Below the pieces are notes generated by a model, which was not told the DNA's origin, made no database searches, and worked only from the letters and a program-made list of their open reading frames with translations. This document shows, one piece after another, positions 39,745 through 52,101 of a stretch of DNA of 64,000 nucleotides; position 1 is the first letter of the stretch; every line of letters begins with the position of its first letter. Origin of the DNA: Paraspadella gotoi (lineage: Eukaryota > Animalia > Chaetognatha); NCBI GenBank assembly GCA_051294375.1, contig CM119271.1, positions 5,879,991 through 5,943,990 of the forward strand. The letters run 5' to 3'. The translations under genes were made by a program, and so were the position numbers.

Positions 39745-42700
39745 TCTCTCTCACACACACACACACTCTCTTTCTCCCCTCCATCCCTTAGTCTCCTTCT
39801 CTCTTCCCCACGACTCATCCACCTTTTTCGCGAGCGAGACGGCGGTCTCCTCCACGACCGAGGACGAGCTCCTCGACCAGATTCTCGAAGACGCCGTTGA
39901 GCTCGAGGGCAACTACTCCGGTGAGAAAGACCACATTTTTTATTTTATTATCGTTTTCTCGTTTTTTTTGTTTTTTTTTCATAGCTTTACGTTTTAAAGT
40001 ACCGATCTCTCTGTTCCCCTATTTGTTTTTCAACTTTTTTTTTTTTGCTTCCCTAAATCTAAATCTAAATACGCATCCTTTTTCCTCTTGTCGTGTGACT
40101 CATCGTTGACAATTTGCTTTTAATTTCGTCCTGTCCCTGTCCCTGTCTCTCTCTGTCTCTGTCTCTCTCTTTTTCTTTCTTTCTTTCTTTCTTTCTTTCC
40201 TTCCTTCCTCATCCTGTCCGTCTTCCCTTTGATGTCATTACCATGGTGACAGTGACGAAACCCGCGGACAGCACCACCTCCGCCGTGATGAATCCCGATA
40301 TCCCTCCATCAGGATTCGATGGTCAGTCTGCGAGGGTGTTGGTTGTGTTCTCTTTCTTTTGTGCTTTTTATGTTTAATGTTTTTATGTACGTACGTGCAC
40401 GCCCGCCTTGTGGCGGTGAATCTATTCGAAAAAATGTTAACTTCTTTTTTTGGCATAAAAGGATTAGTAAATAGTGATCTTGATTAGCTTTAATTTATTT
40501 TAGAAAAACAACTTTAGAGGTGGTATAAAGAACATGCCAGAGCATGCTTTTTATTAGTCTATAGTTTAGACTTCATACATAATCCGTATAATACGACAAA
40601 AATCACCTCGCCTCTCGCTCTCTTCTTTAATTCAAGTCTCACCCGAGGGTCGTCAATATCGTCGAACGTGCCAGATGTTTTCGAGATATTGTCGCATTCA
40701 CTTCACCACCACCCCCCCAACCTAATTTTAGTAAAACGTCACTGCTTTATAGATGGTTTTCGTTAGATTCAAGATTTATTATTTATTTATTTATTCTTTA
40801 TTCAATATATTGAAAGTTGTAACGTCTCTTCCACTCTCTTCCAGCATCTGGTTCCTCGTCCTTCTCCGATTCTACTTCCGGTCTTCTCGTCGATTCCATC
40901 GTGGATTTGAACCAAAAAGATTTGGTCGCCGTCCCCGAACGCGACTCCGAGACTCTCAAGATCATCGAATCTTTCGCTCAGGTGAGAGAGACGGGGGGAT
41001 AGGGGGACGTGAGAACGCGTATAACGATTTCACCCCACCAACCTCAACCCCCCACCTCCCCGCAATCTCAGAATCCAAATCTGCTTCTGACCAAACCTCC
41101 GGCGACGTTGACGTCGCCCGACTCAATCGTTTGCGCCGAGGAGGAACGCCTCGCCATCGGTGGCATTCAGTCGCTGCTCATGGATCAGACGCGGGGTCTC
41201 GTCCTGGGTCAGTTTCTTTTCTTTTCTTTATTCCCTCCCCCCACTCGCCCTACTATTTCCCCACCTCTGACTCTTTCCGATTTTTTCTTTAAAAGATTCG
41301 GGCTTCAACGCTGCTATTTTCTCTTTCCATCTCGCATAATGACAAAACCTCTTATTTAAAGCAGATGGTCAATCTTCAACCATGACCAACGCGGACGCGG
41401 GAAACGTTTCCTTCGCTCTGCAAAACCAGCCTTTCCTACAGCAACAACAGCCGCCCCAGCAGCCGCAACAGGAACTGCAGCCTGACCAACTGTTGGTCGG
41501 GCTCTCGCAAACTCAACCGAGTTTAGAATCTAACCAAGTTTTGGATGAGAGCGAAAGTTCTTGGATCGTTGAAGCTTTCGGTTTTTCGAATTTAACTAGG
41601 TATTTGTTTGGTATTGTATTGTATTTTATCGTATTGTATTGTTTGGTATTCATATTGTATTTGTAATCGGCAATTTTTTCGTAACTTGTGAATAATTCGC
41701 TTTCTCGAAACAGTCAATCTTCGTGTAACAACAATCTCATCTCGCCGAATGAGTCGCTTCTGCCCTCCGCCTCTGCAACGACGAGACTGGATCCCCCGCC
41801 CACTTATTCACAGACGAGTGAGACACTTGATTTGAGGATCCGAAAATTAACTGTTTTTCTTCGTTACGTATAATCGTATATCCAAACCTTTTTTTTTCGT
41901 TTCCTTTGTCCTCAGCTTCACTGCGAAACAAAAATCAGGTCTTGCTAGACGCTTCGTCCCTCCCGCGTTCGATCGTCTCCGCCGGCGTGCAGCGCGGCAC
42001 GACGCAGCCCGGGTTTTCGTCGGGCGAAAGCGGCTCTCAAATCGTCCTGCAAAATTCCAACCCTGGATCGCAGCAAATTCATCTCCTTCTTCAGCAACAG
42101 CCGCGGACAGCCATGTCGGCGAGATCCCTGCCAGACACTTCCTCGATCACGATGCAAGTCAACAACAACAACAACAATCATCTAGTCCAAGTGGGAATTC
42201 AGAACAATAATAACAACCACAACCACTTGATGCAAGCGGGAATAACATCCAACACGGATCTATACAATCGAAATCGACTTCTTCAGGTTAGAACTTAGAC
42301 AGTTATTGAATTGTGTTGCGATCAGCGATATTCTATAAGTTATATAACTATTTAAAGTTTTTAAGTTTATGTGGCTATTTTACTCGTTAATCACGTTAAT
42401 TCAAATAATTAATTAATTAATCAATTAGTTCAAATGATTTACTTGTATTATTTTATGTTCATTGAACAGTGTTCAATGCTTGTTAAATGTCAGAATTGTC
42501 AAAATTCCAGCTTATTCTCGACCACAAATATTAAATAGTAGCGTTTATTAATTTTATTTGATTTAAACCTAATTTAGGAGCAGAAAGAGCGTCTCTTGGA
42601 GAACCAGCGCCAGCAGACGTCGTTCCAGACTTCGCCAGGTTCCTTCGCCTACCCGGAACCGGGCAACCTCAATTCTGGCAATATTCCTTCGAATTTCATG

Positions 42701-43452
42701 TGTGTAAAGATTGTAGGATTGGCTTGAAATTAACTTTTTTTTTTTAAATTTCATTACCAAAGTTTCACCTCCCCCACCCTTTCTCCATTTTTAGCGACAT
42801 AATGAATTCCGGGATGGTGCCGAACGTGTCCCTTGAGAGAAATTGTCCTGCCCCTTCAAGTTCTTCGTCGGTGTCGTTTTCTTCCGACTCTTTAACGGGT
42901 CTCATCACCGGTCCCCCTGCCGGTCCCCCCGCTGGGCCGGGCCCGCCCCACTCCCACGCTACTCACTCCCGCGCCTCCCTACTTTCTCCCGGCAACAACT
43001 CTGCCAACATGTTTTCTTGGAACAACAATAACCAGTTTCTCGACTCAAACGCCGGAATGTTGGTGCCTTCCGTCGGTAACGAAATGCTGCAGCCGCAACA
43101 GCAGTTACACATGACGTCCGTGCCACCCAGTGGCTTCGACGGATCCCTCGCCAATATGCAGCTTCAGCCGAACACCGGCGGACGCGCTCGAGGCAGGGGG
43201 CGCGGTCGTGGTCGAGGATCCGCGACCGGGTTCGGGAGCAGAGGACGCGGCATCCAACCGGCCGGAATCCGGGCAACCTTCGCGCCCGACTCTCTCGACG
43301 GGAGGCGTCGGCAAGTAGTGGCCGGCGTATTCGGCCAGGACAGTCGAGTTTCGCCGACTTCGGTCCAAAGTTCGGCAAACGCCAACGCGCAACGACCAAC
43401 TGCCGGACAGCGCAATAGCTTGTTACAACAGCTGTTGCAAACATCCGAGTAA
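33905..43452 (+). CDS. NCOA: p160 nuclear receptor coactivator (NCOA/SRC/Taiman family), many exons
   Basis: Pre-PAS ISSTKS..KELLGSLLLRNTEG, PAS-A GIIFFISSDGKIEFVSENVTQALGFKQDDLLGK, TFRCRL, PAS-B FTTKMNSHG...WSQPYRF, LxxLL boxes (ILKQLL, LLKQLL, LLRELL), ELLDQIL, Q-rich region and C-terminal QRNSLLQQLLQTSE* resembling SRC-1a QQKSLLQQLLTE*. Confidence 0.88.
38072..38325. mobile_element. Possible MITE in an NCOA intron
   Basis: Ends acaggg...aaggtggaat and attccacctt...cctgt are imperfect inverted repeats, with internal ttccacc/ggtggaa repeats. Confidence 0.3.
39482..39770. repeat. Long (CT)n compound microsatellite in an NCOA intron
   Basis: ~290 bp of interrupted CT dinucleotides ending in (CA)n, just upstream of the acceptor at ~39790. 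Confidence 0.95.
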
Positions 43453-43845
43453 AGGCGGTGTTTTGAAAAAATAGTCAGAAGTTAAGATATATAAATCATA
43501 TATATCTTAATGTTGAATTCTAATGATGGTAAAGCTTATAGAAAAGAAAAAACCAACTACAAAAATAACACAACAACAAGAGTAACAAGAGTAACCTTTG
43601 CATATATAGTCTATTTTATTGGTGTTTTAATGAATTGATTTGGAATGAAATTGATAAAACAGATTTGTTAGTTTGGTCGTATACAGGAAGAGCGGATTAT
43701 CGTTATTTTTTTTGTCCTTTTTTTTGTTTTTTGTATATTTATCCACGATTTTAAACTGTTCACTAAACACGGCAGAGAGAAATATCCCATATCGTACGAA
43801 CGGTTTCTTTGCTTCAAATCACGTTTGCTCTACCTTTTGTGATGG

Positions 43846-44286
43846 TTTTTAGCCGGATCTGCTTACAGCAGATTCCGGCTATATAATTCACTTTGTCGAT
43901 CCGTCCCCCCAATCTTGTCGGTCATCCACTGAGATCATGCCAGAAGATCAAATTATGAAAAATTATATTAAAAAAATTGTTGTCCGTCTGTCCGTCCGTC
44001 CGTCCGTCCGTCCTTAACAATGAACGCCTATAGTGGATGAGGCGATTTACTTGAAATTTTGTATGTGAGTAATCAAGTAGAAATCAAGTTTCGATGGAAT
44101 CGTCGAGTGGAAATGAGTTTAAATTGAAAAAACAAAAAAACTGTTTCACTATTTGATTATGCCTTTTATTAAAAGTGCAAAATAATAATTAATTAATTAA
44201 TTAATCAATTAATTAGTTATCTGATCATCTGCAAACCGCTAATCATCGTGGGCAGATCCGGCATTGTTTCCTACAGTTTACTTGTT
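43846..44286 (+). mobile_element. Helentron-associated (HINE/DINE-1-like) non-autonomous element, most complete copy
   Basis: T-run, 5' subterminal GCCGGATCTGC with an adjacent inverted copy (hairpin agccggatctgct..agcagattccggct), (GTCC/GTCT)n, 3' subterminal GCAGATCCGGC, and a ...cttgtt end. Confidence 0.75.
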
Positions 44287-45001
44287 GGTTAGTTTAGCCA
44301 AATTTCTTTTTTTCTTAAAGTTTTTCGGATTTAAAAAACCACAAAAATGACACACTTTTCGAAAACGACATTTTTAATCGTTCTGTATTTTTTACTGCAA
44401 ATAGCCCAGAGGCATTGTAACAAAGTTGACTGTGTTACTTAGCGATTACCTAGTCAGTAACCCTAATGTGTTTCATCATTCCAGTTTACCTGAAATGTCT
44501 CGTTTATAAAAAAAAAAAAGTTTATCGCCTGAAGTTTTTCGTTTGTTTGATGACATAGAATTTTGTTTCGCTTTTAAAAATATACAATTCGCTACCCTTC
44601 GTCGTTTTGATACAGGTGTACAATTGTGTCATTGTAAAGAAAAAAATGTAGGAAAATAAATGGCTTGGTGATACCAAGATTTCATTGTTATCTTAGTTTT
44701 TCTTCGGTTTAGTTTGGTTATTTTAAGTCAAATATGCCTAATTATGACGGAATATCTATTAATGTAGGTTTTCAAAAAGGAAAAACGTTAAAAATGTTTA
44801 ACGAAAATTTTCTATTTCACGATATCAGGATTATTGTGACAAAAATCATTTAAAGCGTCGTTAACCGTAATACCAATCAACGGGACTATGCAGTAGAACA
44901 TGCCAGAATTGTTAAATACAGCAATTGAATTTAATTGGTTCGCTAAAATTCGAGAAATTACATTTATACTGATTACAATTTTCGAGGCAAACGTAACGCT
45001 G

Positions 45002-46826
45002 TTACTCGTTGCAGCAGCAGCAGCAACAGCAAACCGTTATCAATCCAATCAACACCACCGCTGCCACTGAGGAGATTAGGTAGATGCCAGGTAAGGAAAT
45101 TTCCGCGAACACGTCCCCTTCCTGACAAACCGAGGAAATTCATTTCCAAGTTTAATCCTTAAATTCCTGGCAATTCTTGCAATCACCTGAACAAAATTGC
45201 ATCGCCCATCTTGTTCCTCGGCGACAGTGTAGATGGCTCGGAAACAACTGTGTTTGTCGGTCCAGTCCTTGAGACGATCGTTGGACTGTTCGCTAGGATG
45301 ATCCCTTAGGGGAAAACACTCGTCAGTCTTATCGTTTCGTTAGTAATTCATCATTTGCGTTTTTAATTACTAACACTTACAGTTTTGTAAGCAGGAATAG
45401 ATGGGAGTAATCTAAGTTACATTCAGACTCGAACACGTCGGAGGTGCAAGAGTACAAGATAGCGTACGAATTGTAATCCGTATCCATTACCCAAAGTCGA
45501 GTCAAACCTGCAGATAAACGAGAAACAAAATTGCGACAGATAAACCGAGAAATAGCGGCACGACTGAAAACGTATTTATATTTAGAAGAAGTAATAACTT
45601 ATATTTTTATTATTATATATTTTTTTCTTTTATTGTATTCGATACCTCCCAAATTTCCGAAAGAACTCAGGATTCCTTGGGCCTTGAAAACTCGTTTAGC
45701 CTTCGGCTCCTCGTCGTCTTCGACGTCTACCAAAAAGGCCTTTTGTTTATTGCAAAATCCGATTCCGGCGAATTTCATGAAGTAAGACTGAAGGAGGAGT
45801 ATCGAAGTTATTTAATACATTCTTCAATCTAATTTCTATTTAAATTTCGATTTTCTAGGTTTTAATATTTCCTCTCTTCTTTTTTTTTTTTTTTTTTTTG
45901 TATTTTTAAATCAATCAATCAATCAATCAATGGAAACAAATTTTACTAACGATGTACGTAAGAATCCTTCCATCGCTTTGAGGTATAAATCGGAAATTCA
46001 TGTTGGTCTCTTTGTAGTCGGAGAAAGGGTTAGAAAAAGGCGATTCGAAGCTTTTGGTCGTGACGTACCAGTCGCCGTAAAACTAGTCAATAGCGGAATG
46101 GATTTTAAAAAAATGTTTTAGCGCTTAGCGTCTCTGCCCCGTGATTCTAACCTGTTCTGGTTGAAAATCCTTCATAACTTCGATATTTCGAACGGCGCAT
46201 GGATTCTGCGCGGCCGAGTGCGAAAGTAAAAGAGCTTTATAAAAATTAATTAGAAAATAAGAATAATAGGCGGTAGGCACCTTAGTAATAAACTTAATTA
46301 AGGTTGGAGATAAAAACGGCGGCACACGGAAGAGAGGTTCGTTAGCTCAATCGGGCATTTGGGTAGATAAAAAAAAAAGTTATTCCGTAACGCTTTGCCA
46401 AGAAAGCGTGGGAAGCCCGCGATCGAAATCCGAACACCTGGGATAGTGAGACAGAAAGATTCCCCTGCCAATACATTTTCCTATTTCCCAAGGTGAAAGA
46501 TCCGTCCCCGGAGCAATCAAATCTATATACAATAGTTAAAAATAAAATCCAGCCAATTTTTTTTTCTTCGCGAGTAGAACATATATATAGCGAGGTATCC
46601 TTACATTTTCTATGAGATAATTTTTTTTGGCAGATTCCTTTCGGCTTCTTAAAGATCAACGCTTTCTAAAAAATTGCATGTAGATTTTATCATTTTGTCA
46701 AACGCCCAATATTATACTCTCGTCTCAATGATAGATGTTGACTCTGTTTATTTTTTTGACCCTAAATTCTCCGTGAAATTCGCTTCGTTATTTACCTGCG
46801 CATAAAATGGCGAAAATCTTAAGCAT
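45002..46826 (-). CDS. RBP4/purpurin-like lipocalin with C-terminal TM helix and Cys7 tail (~7 exons)
   Basis: Signal peptide MLKIFAILCA..LLLSHSAA, then CAVRNIEVMKDFQPEQFYGDWY (GxW), LWVMDTDYNSYAILYSC (TDY), CNLDYSHLFLLTK, and last exon EGDVFAEISLPGIYLISSVAAVVLIGLITVCCCCCCCNE*. Confidence 0.85.
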
Positions 46827-47968
46827 TGTCGAGCCAGTGAGGAGAGGTCCAGGTCGGTAAATCGCGTCCTTAAGTCGTCGAAAAACTAACGCCAACATTT
46901 TTTTTTTTCAAAACGTTCTTCTTTTACACTAAAAAACCTAATTAAATTTGAAATTATTAAAATTTTCGAGTAACCATTTGTGATTTACATTCGCTGCCAA
47001 TTTAAACTCCCGAGTGTGTGAACCAGTCTTCGGATAATACTAATAGTTTGTTTTTTTTTTTAATCCAAGAAATTATTTTGATATCACTTTAATTTTATGG
47101 CAGAAAATTATGAATTCGATTAAAGATTTTTGATGATAACTCGATTGTAATTGAGGATTCAAAAACTTCGAATTTGAAGCCAGAAGAGAGAATCAAAAAA
47201 AAAATGAAAAAAAGTTAGCTGCTGCCAATTGCAACTGCCATCATCCCATTCGTCGTCCGGCCCCTTCTTCTTTCGCCGTTCAGGGGGGAAAAAGAAAAGA
47301 AAAAATTTAAAAAAAAAAACGTAAGGGAGAAAGAGAGAGATTTTTACCCCCTATTCTCTTCAGCAAATTTCAACTCCCCCCCCCTATCTTTACTTTCTCT
47401 TCCCTTTGGCCATTCTCTTCCTTCCTTGATTACTTCAACACGAATGGTTCCTCCTCTTCCTCCTCTCATTGGATTTCCTGACTTTCTTTCTCCTCCCTCT
47501 CTCTCCCCCCCCTTTTCGGATTAAAGTCTTTTCCCCCTTTTTTTGATTCATTAACTTAAGTCACCCGCCTTCGGTTTCGGGTCGCGAAGGACGAAAAAAG
47601 TCAAAGATTTTTCAAATTCACGAGGTATCATCCTACATAAAAACCCTGGTCCCAGATCGATAACGCCGCTTGGACATAAGAAATCAGTGAGATTTTCTAA
47701 AATTATGTAAAATTTAGATTTTAGTCTTCTCTTTATCAATAGTTATCAGACTATTTGTACTATCACTAACTTGAGAAATTATTGATCTATCCTTATAGTT
47801 TCCAGAGCAACAAAACACGGTTAACTTGACCTATATAATATATTGTTCAACTATTCAAGTTTGTATAAAGAAAGGACACAATACTAGATATAACATCAAC
47901 CTAGGCGGTGGCGGAACCGATAACGGTGACTGAGTAAACCATAGTTAGGGTTTAACCTCGAATATAGT

Positions 47969-50757
47969 TCAAATCTTCAAGATGGCGTGAAAAATTTTCG
48001 TAGGGATTTCCATGGTCTCGTCTTGAATGAGGACGATATCGAAATTGTTGACGTAACTCGGGAGGCGTTCCTCGATCTAAAAATACGAATGACTACGAAT
48101 GACGTAGTAGTATTTTAATCTAGAAATCAAACTCCCTTTTCTTGATTTTCTTTTTTCCTTATTTTTTTGTAAACCGCGTAGCGATTTACAATTCCCAAGA
48201 AATTTAACCATTTTTTTTACCTTTTTTTTAATATTTTTTTTAATTATATATTTTTTCTTTTTTACTATTATTATTTGTTTTTCACTTGTTAAATGAATCT
48301 GCTTCAATAAATGAATAATTATCCCTTATTGAATAATTATCATCGCATTAGTAAATCACTATCATTGGATCAATACATTAATAAAATTATATGAAATGAT
48401 AACTATCACCATATTTTAGATTTACTATAATATTTTTAATAAAAAAATAATTATTATAAATATTTTTTTCATTTTAAATAATAAACCCTTACAATAATAA
48501 TGAAGTAAGGCTGAGACTATAAACAGTTAAATAAATACCAGGGCTTTATTATTATTATAAAATAACAAAATGTAATCTATGCCACAATAAAAGTTCAGTT
48601 TATGCCCTTGAAAGCGATTTACATATATTGGCGCAGCCACTTGTTTTTCTTTCTCTTTTCGAAATTCAACTTTTACCTTGTCATTTAGAAATCCAATCTT
48701 GAGACAAGTCGCAATGGAGTCGACTCCCTGGCCAAAGGAAGGAGATTATTTCTCCAAAACGAACTCACTCGCTATTTTTTAACAAAGCGTGAGTTAATTA
48801 TGAAGTTATTCCCACAATTTTTATTTAGTTTTGCCCTCATACGAAAATGTAAGAGTGAAAGTGTGCATGTTATTGTCAGGAACATGTGCATGTTAATGAC
48901 ATGTTATGTAATATTATTGACTTGACATATGTTATTGACATGTGCACGTTATTGACAGGAACATTCTTCACTTTTTAGTCGAGAGCATTCCCCATCAACT
49001 ACGTAAATGGAAATTTAAGTTAAAATTTTTTAAAGTGCATAGTACTTATTAAAAAGCAACACATATTTTCGAAAATTTTAATGATTTACGAATTACTTTA
49101 GCAGCATCAATAAATGTAATAAAAAACGTTGATAGCTCTCTCTGTCATGGAAATCTACCTGCGTCATCCTGAGATCGCCGATGGAATCCCCCAATAAAAC
49201 GGCGTTTGTTCGCCTTTTGTTCGATTCAAAGTAACGAAGATGTCGCTTCAAAGCAACGTTCTTATTAAACGAGTGGATGATGGGATTTTTATATCCTTAA
49301 AAAACCAAGACTTAAATACATAGTTATAGTAACTATCTCGTTACGGCCCTGTACTCAGTACTCACCCGTGATTTTTCCGTTGTCATCCCATTCGATTTGA
49401 TTCGATATTATCGTCTGATTTCGAAGGAAAAGCTTTTGATGCTGAACATAAAGAAATAAGTTAATGTGAAGCGAATTTTTCTATCGCGTTTTTAGCTCGT
49501 AATAATACTAGTATCGTGAGCTTCTCACCTTTAAGATTTCGATGACGATGTCCCCGATTCCAGCGGAGAAAATTAAGAGCGGAATTTTGGATGCACAAAG
49601 TTCACGCGCTAATTCGCGGAACCCGTCGCTGAAAAAGAAAAATGGACGGGAGGTTCAGAAGGTTTGTTCCTCATTTCCCGATTTTTGATACGTAAAAAAA
49701 ATTAATAATTTAAATAAAAATGGAGTATTAACGCTACCGGAGTCTCAAAGGTGTATCGCCGGTCATCTCCTCCACCATTGACCTCGTAAGGTTGGTCTCC
49801 AGGAGTGCAGCCCGTGTCTTCGTCCACCACTCCTCCATGATTGGCATCTTAAAAATATTTAAAAACCAAATGTTACCAAAAAAAAATATTTCATTTAAAT
49901 CTATAATTACAGTTTTTTTTTAAATTAGTTTTCTCAGACTTTGGTAGTTTGTTTGTTGATAACGTTTATACGTTTATACTTGGTTCTATTAGAATTAAAT
50001 CACCTATATCACCAACCCCCGTCTACTTACTTTGTCCTCGTCCGAAATGTTAGGGTTGATTTCGATCGGATAGTAGTGAGCGAAAATTTCTTTCACTTTC
50101 CTTACGAAACTCTGCGAAAGTAATGATAATCAAGGGCCTTGTCACAATCGAAAACTTGTATCATTTATGATTAGATTGACAAAGAGAGCGATAGTCCTCG
50201 ATTGTTGAGTGCGTTTGATAGAAATTATTTTTTTCAGATTCCCTGGTGGGTTTCACAAAAGAGACCGACTTCCTAATGATTAGATACAATTTACCCGCGG
50301 CATGATCTCGCTTTCCTCCATGACGCCATGAGACGAAGGCAGCAGCTTTCCGTTCTCCTTCCATTTCGTGATCGTCCAATCAAAGTCGGACAAAACCTAA
50401 GTTTCGTGCAGAAGTTCCAGCACCTTTATCACTCTAATTTTTACTATATTACTATTATTATGTTGGTTGTGTTAAAAAAAAAATTCATGGTTTTGCGGAA
50501 TTCTTTATTTATGTTCAGATAAAACCTGCAGTTTATCGGGCCCGTCCACCACAAGCGTCTCTAGTTTCTTTTGAACATTTTTTACGTCCAGTATTCTGAC
50601 AGAGTGGAAGTGTAGTATAAAATGAGGGTTAATATTTCAAAACTGATGAACCAAAATGGAAAGAAAGATTCCAGCCTCTCCTTACTTCCACTAAAGGAAA
50701 AAAAACTCACCTGATCCTCGAATCGTCGTTTCGTATTTCGTATCCCAAAAAATCCAT
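47969..50757 (-). CDS. NT5C3: Cytosolic pyrimidine 5'-nucleotidase (NT5C3/UMPH-1, HAD family), multi-exon
   Basis: DGPDKLQVLSDFDWTITK (HAD motif I), SSHGVM, MEEWW, PLLIFSAGIGDIVIEIL, LLGDSIGDLRMTQ and C-terminal FDIVLIQDETMEIP. Confidence 0.92.
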
Positions 50758-51102
50758 GATGACGACGATTTAAAAATAAAACTTTTCTTTTCTCACAATT
50801 TTCTTTTCTTTTCTCACAATTGACGATTAACGGAATATATTGACGGAAACAAATTAAGAATATGGCGAATTATTTTCGAAAGTTTCGCTCATTTATTATT
50901 GTACAATCTACAGTGTACACTGTACAGTGTACAGGCCGTTTGATGAATGTACTGAAACGGATACAAGCACAAATAGCAAATACTTTGGCCGGTCTTTGAC
51001 GAATCACGTTCGTTCGACGCACGAAGTACATACATAAATCCTAAGTAGAAAAGAGGTTTATGACTTTATGTGCTATAAGTTTTTGAAGATGAAAGAGAAA
51101 TT

Positions 51103-51104
<2 letters not shown>

Positions 51105-51144
<40 letters not shown>

Positions 51145-51160
51145 GGAAAGAGAGAGAGAA
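51105..51160. repeat. (GA)n microsatellite
   Basis: Direct observation. Confidence 0.9.
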
Positions 51161-52101
51161 ACTCGATGCTGGAAAATCGGGGAAAAGTGATCGATTTGAA
51201 CTTTAGAAAAGATTTGTTGTCGTATCAAGAAGAATTAAGATTGTGGCCTCTTTTAATCGAATGACGAAAAAATAGATGAAAAAAAAAAATCAAATTAGGG
51301 AACGAAGGATTTCGTCGTGTTAGTAGAAAAGGCTCCTTATCTCGAAACCAAAACAGGGTCCATTGTGTCAACAAAGTTAAGTCTCTCGTACGAAAAGACT
51401 TTTCACTTACTTTGCTTAGCGATTCTCCTTTTTTGTCGGATTGAGAGACTTCTTGTCTCGCCAATATTGAAATTTAAATATTTGTCCATAGCAGAGTAGG
51501 AATTCTAACAAAATTCAGTTTTTTATATTCCGAGTTAAATAAAGCTGATGCTATTCTACGTAATTATTTGTTTTTTTATTTACTATTCTATCATGGTTAA
51601 TTTTGGGTTTCCTTTCAATAAGTTATTAGTTTCGCTAGACGGGAAAAACTTTTAATTTAGGCTTTTTTTATTTTTTAGCTTTCCAGGAGGGACTATCTGT
51701 GAAAGCAGTGGCTGCGCTATTTGTTTCGATTTTATAGTAAAACTGTCTAAAAGCTATTTTGCAAATTGAAATTTCATTTGGCGAACTATTTGACGTGGTG
51801 AAAACTGAAAACCAATTACAACACCGTATGTGACTTCGTTATCTAAACATCCTGTAATCAATAAGAAACATTAAATACTTAAAAATTACGATATAAAATA
51901 GAAAATATTTCTGTACAGTGGCTTCATTCATTCATTCATTTATTCATTCATTATTCTTACATTCATTTTTACGGTACATGCGATGTCTCTTCACACTAAT
52001 CATTCATTCATTCTTAAGAGACATTGAAAAAAATAGTAGGCTTTCGACTTAAAGTAAAAACTTGAAACAACAACAATAACAACAATGACAAAAACAAATT
52101 T

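Noticed and set aside
39365-39997. SLSLSL/ERERER ORFs
   Set aside because: Translation artefacts of the (CT)n microsatellite; only the ~39791-39920 part is a plausible NCOA exon.
43452-46826. Functional link between the NCOA coactivator and the adjacent RBP-like lipocalin
   Set aside because: Tail-to-tail adjacency alone is not evidence in such a gene-dense region.
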